Positions 10,977 through 21,828 of a stretch of 64,000 bases of DNA are shown piece by piece. Source of the DNA: Gammaproteobacteria bacterium (GTDB lineage: Bacteria > Pseudomonadota > Gammaproteobacteria > CAJXQU01). The position numbers were made by a program, and so were the translations under genes. The stretch covers positions 544,001 through 608,000 of the forward strand of contig CBDEGZ010000003.1 in NCBI GenBank assembly GCA_965238175.1, read 5' to 3'. Below the pieces are notes generated by a model, which did no database searches, was not told the origin of the DNA, and was given only the letters and a program-made list of their open reading frames with translations. Positions within the stretch are counted from its first letter, which is position 1, and each line of letters begins with the position of its first letter.

Positions 10977-11141
10977 AATTTCAACCTGTCATTGTAAAAA
11001 GTATAAGACATTTATTAATACAAAATGTTCGGAGCTTCCAATTGTTAACACCGCCACATTTTCACTCATTAAGAATGCGAGGTAAAATCCTTTGTGAAAA
11101 TATACTCTTAATCAAACAAACTAGATCTGTAAAGGACCTGT

Positions 11142-12407
11142 ATGACCAAAAAAAATGCGTTTTATGCACAATCAGGTGGTGTTACTGCCGTTATCAATGC
11201 TTCTGCTTGTGGCGTTATCCAGGCAGCCCGTGAAAATAGCGACAAGATAAGTAAAGTATATGCTGGTCGAAATGGTATTATTGGCGCATTAACTGAAGAT
11301 TTGATCGATACTTCTTTAGAATCAGACGAAGATATCCAAGCCCTTAGACATACACCTTCCGGCGCATTCGGTTCATGTCGTTATAAACTAAAACCAACCG
11401 AAGAGGGTACCGCTGAATACGAACGAATTATTGAAGTGTTAAAAGCCCACGATATAGGCTATTTTTTCTACAATGGTGGTGGTGATTCGCAAGACACTTC
11501 TCACAAAATGGCAATTATGAGTAAAAAGTTGGGTTACCCGATCACTTGTATCGGCGTACCAAAAACGGTTGATAATGATCTACCGATCACCGACAACTGC
11601 CCCGGTTTTGGATCAGTCGCAAAATATGTCGCTGTTTCCATTCGTGAAGCCAGTTTTGATGTTGCCTCCATGGCCAAAACATCAACCAAAGTGTTCGTGA
11701 TGGAAGTTATGGGCCGTCACGCAGGTTGGATTGCCGCAGCGGGTGCCCTGGCCGCAGAAAAAGAAGGTGATTCACCACATATAATTCTTTTCCCCGAAGT
11801 TGTTTTTGATCAAGAAAAATTTCTGGCTCGAGTCAAACAATGTGTGGAGAACTACGGTTATTGTGCAATTGTCGTTTCCGAAGGACTCCAAAATACAGAA
11901 AGGGAATTCATGTCAGAAGCCGGCGGCACAGATGCTTTTGGACACGCTCAGCTCGGTGGCGTCGCTCCCGTTATTGCACAGATCATAAAAGATGCCCATG
12001 GTTATAAGTATCATTGGGCAGTTGCGGATTACCTACAGCGAGCAGCACGACATATCGCTTCTAAAACGGATGTTGAGCAAGCCTATGCGCTTGGACGTGC
12101 GGCAGTAGAATTTGCGTTAGATGGGAAAAATGCGGTTATGCCTACTATTGTCAGGACGTCTGATCAACCATACCAATGGGAGATCGGGGAGGCGCAATTA
12201 GCTGATGTCGCTAATGTCGAAAAGATGATGCCGGATGAATATATCTCTGAAGATGGTTTCGGGATTACAGAAGCGTGTCGTCAGTATCTACAACCCTTGA
12301 TCGAAGGTGAAGATTATCCACCATACAAAAATGGACTGCCAGATTATGTGGAATTAAAAAATGAACCTGTTGAAAAGAAGCTTTCACTAAAGTTTGAGAT
12401 AAACTAA
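11142..12407 (+). CDS. 6-phosphofructokinase, likely PPi-dependent type
   Basis: QSGGVTAVINAS, YNGGGDS, PKTVDND and MGRHAGW motifs; the GGGD Asp and PKTxDND Lys suggest PPi use. Confidence 0.88.
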   Translation: MTKKNAFYAQSGGVTAVINASACGVIQAARENSDKISKVYAGRNGIIGALTEDLIDTSLESDEDIQALRHTPSGAFGSCRYKLKPTEEGTAEYERIIEVLKAHDIGYFFYNGGGDSQDTSHKMAIMSKKLGYPITCIGVPKTVDNDLPITDNCPGFGSVAKYVAVSIREASFDVASMAKTSTKVFVMEVMGRHAGWIAAAGALAAEKEGDSPHIILFPEVVFDQEKFLARVKQCVENYGYCAIVVSEGLQNTEREFMSEAGGTDAFGHAQLGGVAPVIAQIIKDAHGYKYHWAVADYLQRAARHIASKTDVEQAYALGRAAVEFALDGKNAVMPTIVRTSDQPYQWEIGEAQLADVANVEKMMPDEYISEDGFGITEACRQYLQPLIEGEDYPPYKNGLPDYVELKNEPVEKKLSLKFEIN

Positions 12408-12581
12408 TTTTTCATTATTAGAGACTACTTAACTGTATGTATGGAATATAACTACAATAAGGGATAAATTTTGAATTGCCGATATTATCGACTATATAGA
12501 GCTTCCCGTTTTGGTTACCCAGTCTTTAAAAGGGTATAAAATATTTTAGGTTTGGTTGGTATAAGAATAACATTGTACTTA

Positions 12582-13512
12582 ACCTCAGATCGGTTTAATC
12601 CACCGTTACTAATGCCTGTTTCAAACAATTGAACTCTTCCCCTGACACGTTCAAAGACGGCTTGTTCTCTTTCAGACAATAAGCAATCAACCCACCAATA
12701 AGATTGAGCATAAAGCCATGCACAGAGCCGTGTCTGGAATGTTCTATCTGAGTGATATTCTTCAACTGGTCATTGATCGTTTCAATAATAAAACGCCGAC
12801 TCAACATGGCTCTGTCCCACAAAGAGGTGGCTTTTGCTTTCATGTTTTTCCGGACATTGGTGACCAATTCAACGCCTCACAGAGTTCAGGAACAGGCTGA
12901 CGGTCATCGACATTTCCAGGTGTGATTTTAGCGGCTAGAATATCCCCCTGGTGATTAACAATGAGATGCAGTTTGAACCCATAAAACCAGCCCATGGTGC
13001 CTCGACCTCGTTGAGCAATATCTTTGAAAATACGATGGCGTGGAATACGCAGATTGTGGCACACTTTTAAGGCGGTTGAATCGATAAACGCAACGCCAGT
13101 GGGTTTACCTTTGAGATAAGAAAAGTAGCTGCATAAAGGAACAAGGACGGTCGGCATTACCTCTAGAAAGCGCGTGTAGCTTAGTATCTCGGGAAAGTCC
13201 TTTGCATAGAATTGAGCCACAAAACCTTTGTAATAGTTCTTGAAGTCACGATGGTTGGAGTGATGAAACAGAATAATAATTGTTATGATTTCGCTGGCCT
13301 GCATTCGTCCAACTCGACGACGTTGACGTTTGCCATCGGTCAATAATTGTTGTTCCCACAACGGCATGAAGTGTTGACAGAATTCACCGACATCACAAAA
13401 GATTTCAACTAATTTATACATCGGTCTGTTCTCCTTTTTTTCAATTGTTTGATGACAATTGATCTGATCGGGGAACAGGCCGTTAGTTCATTTTCTTAAA
13501 CCGAGTTGGGGT
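12582..13512 (-). mobile_element. IS982-family element with a frameshifted, internally deleted transposase
   Basis: Split ORFs 12840-13421 and 12595-12867 (FIDST, GWFYGFKLH, RRFIIETINDQLK); DKGY segment missing; terminal IRs AACCTCAGATCGGTTTAA / TTAAACCGAGTTGGGGTT. Confidence 0.88.
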
Positions 13513-14967
13513 TATTTATAAAGGGGGAATTAAACAATGAAAAAATCACTTTGATCATGTTTGGACTCAGCCAAACAGTCATTGCTGAAGTTCTGAATGG
13601 ACAAACTGTTAATGGGTGGGAAAGTATACAGCTAATAACAATGTTTGGTCTAATATTTTTTGCGGCTGGTATTTTTAGCAATACATTTGCACCTGAGAGT
13701 ATAAGGAGTATATACCTAGTACAGCAGCAAACAGAGTTTTTGTTGGAACAACCATCCTCAACTGTTAAATTAGCCCGTGAACCTTTCAGTCTAATATTTT
13801 TTCAAAACCTTACAATAATGGATTGGATAAAAAATACCATTCTGTTCAGATAGCCGCTGTAACCAATAAGTGACTATTTAATAGCATTCAAGTTGGTAGC
13901 TCTTTAGACGAAATCCCTATGTTTCGTAAAGGCTCAGGACTGGCTGCCTCACCTGGTGGATATAACAGTATTTATATTTCAGAAAAAGGCCATCACTATC
14001 TTTAATTATGAAAATGATAAGAAATATAGAGTTCAATTGATTGAACGCCTCAATAACGGATTTTTAAAACTCAATTTTTCGATAAGCAAAATAAATCTAA
14101 ACAATAAACCTACCCCATTGCTATTGCGCCAATTGAAAGAATGCTGCTTATAGTTATCATTGACAGAAATCTAGATAATGTAATTCAGGAGGGAGAATTA
14201 ACAAAAATAGAAGCTACTTTTTAGATGTGCTAGCGTCATAACAAGTGACTATGTTTCCAAGTCAAGTATTTACGCTCTATTTTCATCCCACATCGTTCCA
14301 TTTTTAACCATTGTACTATTTTCCGAAACGCAGGCAGGTACGGTAGTGACTGATGTTCATTCAATTTTTGAACATGATGGGGATCGGGATGAGAGTTAAC
14401 TCAAAGCAAGAATATAAAAAATTGGCTAATGGAATGTATATACCCATGCCACCTGGAAATTTAGATTTCAGCGAGTCCAAGGGTCTACACAGGAAGGCAG
14501 CGTACGCCGAGAATGGCCTAGTGTGTAATTTGGCCATTTTCAGGTAGGCTAACGTTGTTGTGTGGACGCTTGGACTCGCCCTCGATGCATGTTCCAGACA
14601 GCATTCTACCTCCTGCGTTCATGCAGTCGTTTGGGTGGCCCTATCATTCTCGCTGGGCAGCGTTGTGTTTCTTGAAAAGGGCCAAGCAACTAACAAGCCC
14701 CTTTCCGGCGCAACATGCCTTGCCAGCAAGAATGATAGAGCCACTGACACCTGCATTTCCAGATGGCACGGGTATATAATTGATAGTATAACGATATCTA
14801 TTGAACAGGACATAGGAACAATAAAGGTCAAGTCATCAATAAAATATCAAAACATAAAGGATATTGTTTTTCCAAAACGCATAGATTCCACCTTCGAGCA
14901 AAAAATATAAAGCATAAATCAAACAGGCGAAATAAACATTAATTCAGTTGACTGCATTTTAGAAAAA

Positions 14968-14993
14968 GCATAACAAAAACGAGCAGAGGGAAC
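14968..14993 (+). other. Possible truncated attC left arm
   Basis: GCATAAC (R''-like) followed by AAAAACGAGCAGAGGGAAC; no matching right arm. Confidence 0.3.
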
Positions 14994-15153
14994 CTACAGA
15001 TCAAGATTATAAATGGCCTGCATGCTTTGTTGTTTCAGCGGGTTCTGAGATACTTCTAAAATCAAGCGTCGAGCTTGGTGAAGCAAGTAACGTTAGTCTT
15101 CCTAAAGTTCGATTTGACATTGAGGTAAGTTAAGGCACACATTGTTGGTAAAC

Positions 15154-15223
15154 ACATAATAAATTAGGCAGCATCGCCCTTCGGGCTGGACACGCTAATG
15201 TGTGTTGTGCTTGACCGTTATGC
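15154..15223 (+). other. Degenerate integron attC site
   Basis: ACATAAT...GCCCTTCGGGC hairpin...GTTATGC; 70 bp; directly precedes the csp cassette. Confidence 0.55.
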
Positions 15224-15302
15224 ACAAATATAAAAAACTACATTCGTAATGGTGATAGCGGATATAGCCATTCAATTATTCACCAAATAAAAAGAGAGCA
15301 TT

Positions 15303-15509
15303 ATGAGTAAAGGTACTGTTAAGTGGTTTAGCGCGGACAAAGGTTTCGGTTTTATTACTCCAGAAGACGGAAGTAACGATTTGTTTGTTCATCATTCAGA
15401 AATACAAGCAGGTGGGGGGTATGCAACACTAAATGATGGCCAGGCAGTTGAATTTGAAGTTGGTCAAGGGCAAAAAGGTCCGTGCGCTAACAAGGTTAGT
15501 CCTATTTAA
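15303..15509 (+). CDS. Cold-shock protein (CspA family), probable gene cassette
   Basis: GTVKWF, KGFGFI and LFVHHS RNP motifs. Confidence 0.95.
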   Translation: MSKGTVKWFSADKGFGFITPEDGSNDLFVHHSEIQAGGGYATLNDGQAVEFEVGQGQKGPCANKVSPI

Positions 15510-15525
15510 ACCAAAAGTTGGAATT

Positions 15526-15626
15526 ACATAACGCCGTGCTCCAGCTGAATTTTTTTCGTTGCTTTTTTTGTGTTTGATAATACAAAAGCTTCCACTCCAA
15601 AAATTCAGTTGAGCACGGCGTTATAT
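15526..15626 (+). other. Integron attC site
   Basis: ACATAACGCCGTGCTC[C]AGCTGAATTTTT...AAAAATTCAGTTGAGCACGGCGTTATAT: R''/R' boxes, long imperfect palindrome, one extrahelical base. Confidence 0.8.
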
Positions 15627-15661
15627 GTCATTGAACATAAAAGAGAAGTCAAAGTGTTTGT

Positions 15662-16573
15662 ATGTCAAATAGATATTTATTCCTAACATTTCTTATAATT
15701 CTGAATTGCACTACAGTGAGTGCAAAAACTGGTTGTGGTGAGATTGGCATATGGTTGCAAGTCTTAGGCTCTGGTGGGCCGGAACTTGATGACGGTCGAG
15801 CGTCAAGTAGTTATGTTATTTGGCATAAAGGGAAAGCACGACTCCTTATTGATATTGGGAGTGGTAGCATGTTTCGATTTGAGCAAAGCAGAGCGTCGTT
15901 GAATGATCTGGATGTGATTCTATTAAGTCACATGCACGCGGATCACAGCAACGATTTACCTGCTTTGATCAAGGCATCTTTTTTTTCTGATCGAAACCGT
16001 GATTTGTATTTGTATGGTCCAAGTGGTAATAACTTTGTGCCATCTGCTACGAATTTTGTAAAGGATTTATTCGGGCCAGATGGAGCCTATAAATATTTAA
16101 GCAACTATCTTAATGGCAACAACAGTTATCGCTTACTGCCACACGATATCAGTACATCAGGTACAAAAGAACAACTTGTTTTGTCTAATTCTCTTTATCG
16201 CTTGGTTGCTGCGCCAGTACATCATGGCCCAATACCAGCATTAGCCTGGCGGGTAGAAATTGGGGGAAAGCTGATTGTCTTTAGCGGCGATATGAACAAC
16301 GACAATAACACTCTTGCAACCTTAGCAAAACAGGCGGATTTATTAGTAGCTCATCATGCTGTACCAGAAGGAATAAAAGGGGTAGCACGTAACCTGCACA
16401 TGCCGCCTTCGGTAATTGGTCAAATTGCAGCGAAAGCCCGTGTTAAAACATTAGTTTTATCACACCGTATGAATCGTACGCTCGGACAGGAACAAATCTC
16501 AACGGCACAAATACGTCAACAGTATAACGGCCCAATACAATTTGCTGATGATTTACAATGTTTCAGAATTTAA
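15662..16573 (+). CDS. Secreted MBL-fold metallo-hydrolase (RNase Z/arylsulfatase-like), probable cassette
   Basis: Signal peptide; LGSGGP, SHMHADH, FSGD and LSH motifs. Confidence 0.88.
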   Translation: MSNRYLFLTFLIILNCTTVSAKTGCGEIGIWLQVLGSGGPELDDGRASSSYVIWHKGKARLLIDIGSGSMFRFEQSRASLNDLDVILLSHMHADHSNDLPALIKASFFSDRNRDLYLYGPSGNNFVPSATNFVKDLFGPDGAYKYLSNYLNGNNSYRLLPHDISTSGTKEQLVLSNSLYRLVAAPVHHGPIPALAWRVEIGGKLIVFSGDMNNDNNTLATLAKQADLLVAHHAVPEGIKGVARNLHMPPSVIGQIAAKARVKTLVLSHRMNRTLGQEQISTAQIRQQYNGPIQFADDLQCFRI

Positions 16574-16742
16574 CTGAACGTATTAAATGGGCAAGCAACA
16601 TCATGCAATAACAATACAAATGTACTTGGACTCTCGTAGGAGGCAAGGCTACACAATTAGGCTGTTTGACAACTGAACCAACTCAAATAGCTTCCCACAT
16701 CGTACATAAATAAAGAACGCGTAAATGGGCTTAGACTCTGAG

Positions 16743-17308
16743 TGGTTCCCCCCCGACTGAGCGGAGACTTCATTAAGAGTGATAATACACTCAGAGGAGA
16801 AGCATAGACAAACGAACAAAGTACAGTCAAGAATACAAACATGAAGCAGTAAAACTCACAAATCAATCGGATAATTCTCTGACACAAGTGGCTCATCACT
16901 TAGGGAACAATGCCAACATGTTGTCTCGTTAGCGGCAGCAATTTTCAGAGCCAAACAAAACCACATTTCCAGGGTAAGGCAATACATGAGAACAAGAATT
17001 GTCCCAATTAAAACGTGAGCTTCAACAGGTAAAAAAGAACGGGATTTTTTACGAGAAGCGGCAACAAGATAACAGCCGTTTGATGCGACAGATTAAAGCC
17101 ATTCACACTGATAGTGATGCGGTTTATGGCAGCCCTCGTATTTGGGAAGAACTCCGTTATCAGGGTGAAACTTGCCGTCTCAACAGAGTTGCACGACTGG
17201 TAAAGTCTGCCGACATTGTCGGCATTCCTGCTAGCAAACAATGGCGCAAACGAACGTCGTCTAAACGACCAGAGCATGTCATTAATCATCTGGACCGCGA
17301 CTTCACAT
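16743..17308 (+). mobile_element. IS3-family relic (left 566 bp), inverted identical copy of 29162-29727
   Basis: IRL TGGTTCCCCCCCGACTGAGCGGAGAC; orfA has lost its start and carries stops; orfB fragment YGSPRI. Confidence 0.88.
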
Positions 17309-17412
17309 TCGGTTTAATCATCGGCCTAATAACCTTTATTATGTACTTTTAAAACTGCTTCGTGAGAAGCCAATTTAAACGCTTAACTCCCTAAGATCCT
17401 AAGTTATTACAT

Positions 17413-17688
17413 TCTGAAAATAGCTTTGAAATCATTACTCGTGAGTAGCACAAGAAGCAGTCTAACATTCGGTCAAAAGATTACAGCAAAAAGATAATTG
17501 ATCGTTTCGAGAAAAACATCTTTCCTTACATTGATAGCAAGCCTATCGGTGAAGTTACCGCTCCAGCGATGTTATTTGCGCTACGAAAAATAGAAAGCCG
17601 TGGTGTGATTGATACAGCACATCGTATTTACCAGAACTGTGGCCAAGTGTTTAGGTATGCCGTTGCAACTGGCCGTACTGAACGGTGA
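17413..17688 (+). pseudogene. P4-type tyrosine integrase fragment
   Basis: Translates SENSFEIITRE*...FEKNIFPYIDSKPIGEVTAPAMLFALRKIESRGVIDTAHRIYQNCGQVFRYAVATGRTER*. Confidence 0.8.
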
Positions 17689-17808
17689 TCCATCGGTTAA
17701 TCTAAAAGACACACTCACCTCCCGTTAATCGCGAATTACTATTGTATCTGTCACTAAGCTTGATAAGTCGATTATGCTAATTTATATTGACCCAGTTATA
17801 AAATAAAA

Positions 17809-18576
17809 CTAGAAGCAGTCACGCCAACTGAAACCTGCTTCTTGTTCTGCAATACCAATCCAATTTTTTTCACACCCTAAAGCATTAGCTAAGCACGTTT
17901 TAACTTGATCCACACAATTATTTTGTTCGCTCAGATGTGCAGCGATTATGTGTTTAAGTTTGCTTGTATCTATTTTAGATAATAATGCAGCCGCTTGATG
18001 GTTTGCTAGGTGTCCCATCCTCCCAGAAATTCGCTGTTTGAGATGATAAGGGTAAACGCTTTCTGCTAACATTTTGTCGTCATGATTACATTCTAGTATC
18101 AAGGCATCGCAGTGGTTGAATTCGGAAACAATGTGCGGTGTGATATGACCAGTATCAGTTAGCAGGCCAAGATATTTCTCACCATCAGAAAAAATAAATT
18201 GAGAGGGTTCTCTAGCATCATGAGGAACAGTCACAGATTTGATTTGAATGGCATCAATCTCAAACATTTCATGACTATTAAACAGGTGTAAAGCAGAGAG
18301 ATTAGAAAGAGTCTTTTCAGCGGCTTGACGCGTACCTTCAGTGAGCCATACTGGTATATTGTATTTCCTGGCAAGTCGACCGACACCCGCGATATGATCG
18401 CCATGTTCATGTGTGACTAAAATAGCACTTATCTCTTCAGGTTGTCTGTTTAAAGAGGCCAGACGTTTACATGTTTCTTTTAATGAAAATCCATTATCGA
18501 TCAGAAGTATAGTAGTTCCTGATTGAACAAGGGTTGCATTACCTTTACTACCACTGCCCAGAGAAGAAAATTGCAC
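17809..18576 (-). CDS. MBL-fold metallo-hydrolase (YycJ/WalJ-like)
   Basis: LGSGSKGNA, THEHGDH, PHDAREP, LECNHD and HLSEQNN motifs. Confidence 0.9.
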   Translation of the reverse strand: MQFSSLGSGSKGNATLVQSGTTILLIDNGFSLKETCKRLASLNRQPEEISAILVTHEHGDHIAGVGRLARKYNIPVWLTEGTRQAAEKTLSNLSALHLFNSHEMFEIDAIQIKSVTVPHDAREPSQFIFSDGEKYLGLLTDTGHITPHIVSEFNHCDALILECNHDDKMLAESVYPYHLKQRISGRMGHLANHQAAALLSKIDTSKLKHIIAAHLSEQNNCVDQVKTCLANALGCEKNWIGIAEQEAGFSWRDCF

Positions 18577-18600
18577 TATTGAGTTGTTATATCTAAGTTC

Positions 18601-19689
18601 TTATAAGCTAGATTTAATTCGATTAAGAATAGCATCAGCCGTTGCAGAATTATCCCATTTACCATCGTCATTAAGAATGATGATTTCAGTTTTTTCACCT
18701 ACTTCTGCCATGCTAACTTTAAAATCATGATTATCACCTTTCCAGAAAGCTAATTTAGATATCAGGCCTTTCTTCTCCTGTTCACCTAGAAAGGCAATAT
18801 CATAGGTTTTATTGGCTTGATCAGCTTTTTCAACTGTGATGTCAGATTCAGAATTCAGGATTCTACCTACTAATGACCAGGTGGTGGTGGAATCGCTTTG
18901 TACGACAAGGTACATCTTTCCATCGCCAGCGCTGATCAATTCAGCTGTAATGGCAGTAGATATATCTGTGTTTGAATCAGAATCGTGGGCCGTTTCGTCC
19001 AGTGCAGTTGTCGCAACGCTTGTTGTTGGAGATGCGCCACCAAGGGCATTTTGTAATTGCAATGCCATTCTGCGTTCTAGTGGGATATCACGGTCACGCT
19101 CTATCCACAGACCCTGATCAAACTCTTCACCCACATGAGAAAGGTAAACTGAGGTGGTTCCTGCTTCTTCAGCTTGTTCAATGAAGATCTTGAATCTATC
19201 ACGTTTGATGCTGTTCTCGTCTCCTTCCCAATCAGTTTCCATGACACCAAGCTCTTGATCATCAAGATCCATGTTGAAACCTGAATTTGCCCAAAATTCT
19301 TGTAATGTGATCCAAACGTCAGCTGCTGATCCATTAACAACGATTAATTGTTCCCCTGAAATTTCTGCAATAGAGGCGGAATCACTCGATTCGGAATAGA
19401 GGCGATTTTCTTTTTGCTTAGTGACACGATCTTGATAGGTAGAAAAAGTGGCTGAACCTGTTTCATCGATATCCGGCACAGCTAGAGAATCGTCAATTGT
19501 CTCAGTGGTCAGATCGGGAGGAACCTCCAGATCAGGCAAGCTTTCACTTTTTTTGTATTCTTTGCGTTGATCTGAAACGACATCATCAAATTTTGGGAAT
19601 AAGCCAGTGAGGCTGCCACAACCGCCCAAAACCAAACTGGTAAGGACTATAGAAGAGAGAATCGAAAGAGAACGTAAACGGAATGACAT
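18601..19689 (-). CDS. bamC: Outer membrane assembly lipoprotein BamC (NlpB)
   Basis: Lipobox LGGC; LEVPPDL and GVMETDW motifs; downstream of dapA. Confidence 0.85.
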   Translation of the reverse strand: MSFRLRSLSILSSIVLTSLVLGGCGSLTGLFPKFDDVVSDQRKEYKKSESLPDLEVPPDLTTETIDDSLAVPDIDETGSATFSTYQDRVTKQKENRLYSESSDSASIAEISGEQLIVVNGSAADVWITLQEFWANSGFNMDLDDQELGVMETDWEGDENSIKRDRFKIFIEQAEEAGTTSVYLSHVGEEFDQGLWIERDRDIPLERRMALQLQNALGGASPTTSVATTALDETAHDSDSNTDISTAITAELISAGDGKMYLVVQSDSTTTWSLVGRILNSESDITVEKADQANKTYDIAFLGEQEKKGLISKLAFWKGDNHDFKVSMAEVGEKTEIIILNDDGKWDNSATADAILNRIKSSL

Positions 19690-19713
19690 TTAAAAAAACC
19701 TCGTTTGTAATTA

Positions 19714-20607
19714 TTATGAGAGCCGTACTTCAGCTCTTTCCATGGCTTCAATCATCGCAATTTCGCACGACTCAGACATCCAAGTGAGTGGTAGACGCAG
19801 TCCTGCATCCATCAACCCCATTTTGTGTATGGCCCATTTTACCGGAATAGGGTTAGATTCGGTAAATAATTCTTTATGTAAACCTTGTAGTTTCTGATCT
19901 ATTGCAAAAGCAGTTTCACGATCACCACCTAAAGCTGCCATACACATATCATGCATTAGTTTCGGGGCAACATTAGCAGTAACTGAAATTGTGCCATGAC
20001 CACCTTCGAGAATGAACTCGACGGTCGTAGCATCGTCGCCGCTAACTAAGACAAAATTATCACCTGAAAGTTTTTTAATTTCAGCGACTCTACTGAGATC
20101 GCCGGTTGCTTCTTTAACACCGATGATATTTTTGATCTTTGACAAGCGTCCTACTGTCTCGGGTAGCATGTCGCAGGCGGTACGACCTGGGACATTATAG
20201 AGAATAATTGGAATATCAACCGCTTCAGCAACGGCTTTATAATGTTGATAAAGTCCCTCCTGAGTGGGTTTGTTATAGTAAGGGGTGACAAGTAAGGCGG
20301 CATCAGCTCCTACTTCCAAAGCTGCTTTTGTGAGGCGAATTGCTTCGGAAGTTGAATTAGCGCCTGTCCCTGCGATGACAGGAATTCGCTTATTAACTTG
20401 GTCGACAACTTGTCGAACCACCTCAATATGTTCTTCTTCATCAAGTGTAGCAGACTCGCCTGTTGTGCCTACAGCAACAATTGCGTCCGTATCATTCTCG
20501 ATATGAAACTCAACTACCCTTTTAAGTGCTGCTGAGTCAACCGCTGTGTCAGGCCCAAATCCTTCTTCCATGGGGGTAACAATTGCAACCATACTGCCTT
20601 TTAACAT
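19714..20607 (-). CDS. dapA: 4-hydroxy-tetrahydrodipicolinate synthase
   Basis: [26 protein letters not shown] and NPIPVK motifs. Confidence 0.96.
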   Translation of the reverse strand: MLKGSMVAIVTPMEEGFGPDTAVDSAALKRVVEFHIENDTDAIVAVGTTGESATLDEEEHIEVVRQVVDQVNKRIPVIAGTGANSTSEAIRLTKAALEVGADAALLVTPYYNKPTQEGLYQHYKAVAEAVDIPIILYNVPGRTACDMLPETVGRLSKIKNIIGVKEATGDLSRVAEIKKLSGDNFVLVSGDDATTVEFILEGGHGTISVTANVAPKLMHDMCMAALGGDRETAFAIDQKLQGLHKELFTESNPIPVKWAIHKMGLMDAGLRLPLTWMSESCEIAMIEAMERAEVRLS

Positions 20608-20833
20608 CCAAAATTACCCTAAAATTCTTCTAAGGTTGTTAATGGTACTGATACGTCGGAAAATTGACAAGAAAAGGTGTGATTGTCTGGCTAAAAAAGG
20701 CACAATTAAATCAAAGGAACCTCTGATGTGTCATCAATGGTCAATTTGAGTCCAAAATATTCAAATTACCTTGTCCCGCATTAATCAGAGATCCCTTAAT
20801 AATAAAATTGATCAGCCATATTGGCATTAAAAC

Positions 20834-21361
20834 ATGAAAAATTTCTTTGTGATTTCAATTCTAGGATCTGCGAAGCCCGATCTAGCAGATCAAATTTTTA
20901 AAGTGGTCACCGACAGCGGTTGTAGTGTTGAAGATGGCCGTATGAGTCATTTAGGTAGTGAACTTGCCCTTTTCGTGATGCCTTCTGGTACCTGGGATGC
21001 TATAGCTAAAATTGAAACGAATATTCCAAAACTCGAAAAAAAGTTAAAAGTGAAAATTAGTTTTGCCAGAACGGAAGCCAGGCAGTCTGGTACAGCATCA
21101 ATGCCATATGCGATAGAGGTTGTTTCGGTTAATCGGGTAGGGCTGGTTTATGATATATCGCGTTTTTTCAGTTCACGCGATATTGTTGTTGAAGATATGT
21201 ACACAGGAACTTATCTTGCCATGCATACCAGAACTGAAATGTTTTCCTTACAACTTACCATCAGTATTCCTACTGAGATCTCCATTGCATCCTTACGTGG
21301 CGATTTTATGGAATTTTGTGATCAGTTGAATATTGATTCAATCATGGAGCCTGTCAAATAA
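20834..21361 (+). CDS. gcvR: Glycine cleavage system regulator (ACT domains)
   Basis: Two ACT-like domains; divergent from dapA and upstream of bcp. Confidence 0.85.
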   Translation: MKNFFVISILGSAKPDLADQIFKVVTDSGCSVEDGRMSHLGSELALFVMPSGTWDAIAKIETNIPKLEKKLKVKISFARTEARQSGTASMPYAIEVVSVNRVGLVYDISRFFSSRDIVVEDMYTGTYLAMHTRTEMFSLQLTISIPTEISIASLRGDFMEFCDQLNIDSIMEPVK

Positions 21362-21828
21362 TGAGTGACCTAGCTATCGATAAACTTGTTCCCAACTTTG
21401 AAATTGCAGCGACAGGTGATCAAACTATAAGCCTTGCCGATCAAAAAGGTAAAAATGTTGTTATTTATTTTTATCCAAAAGACAGTACGCCTGGTTGCAC
21501 GCGTGAAGGGCAAGATTTTCGTAATTTATATGATCAATTTATCGTAAAAAACACGGTTGTTTTCGGTGTTTCACGAGATGGGATTAAGTCTCATGAAAAC
21601 TTTAAAACTAAACAGGGGTTCCCTTTTGAGCTACTTTCAGACAAAGAAGAACTACTTTGTGAAATTTTTGATGTTATCAAAGAAAAGAATATGTACGGCA
21701 AGAAATTTATGGGTATCGTACGCAGCACTTTTTTGATCGATGCTGAAGGTGTTTTACGCAAGGAGTGGCGCAAAGTAAAAGTACCTGATCATGCTCAGGA
21801 AGTCTTGGATGCGGTGGACAATCTTTAA
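21361..21828 (+). CDS. bcp: Peroxiredoxin Bcp
   Basis: YFYPKDSTPGCT, MYGK and RSTFLID motifs. Confidence 0.93.
   Translation: MSDLAIDKLVPNFEIAATGDQTISLADQKGKNVVIYFYPKDSTPGCTREGQDFRNLYDQFIVKNTVVFGVSRDGIKSHENFKTKQGFPFELLSDKEELLCEIFDVIKEKNMYGKKFMGIVRSTFLIDAEGVLRKEWRKVKVPDHAQEVLDAVDNL

Noticed and set aside
13870-13960. IS110 fragment (FRKGSGLAAS-like)
   Set aside because: Similarity too short to support
13506-14910. Short ORFs (115, 65, 64, 74 and 116 aa) as real genes
   Set aside because: No recognisable motifs; one starts inside the IS982 IR; probably decayed cassette or IS fragments
17690-17808. tRNA attachment site next to the integrase relic
   Set aside because: No cloverleaf, T-loop or CCA motif visible
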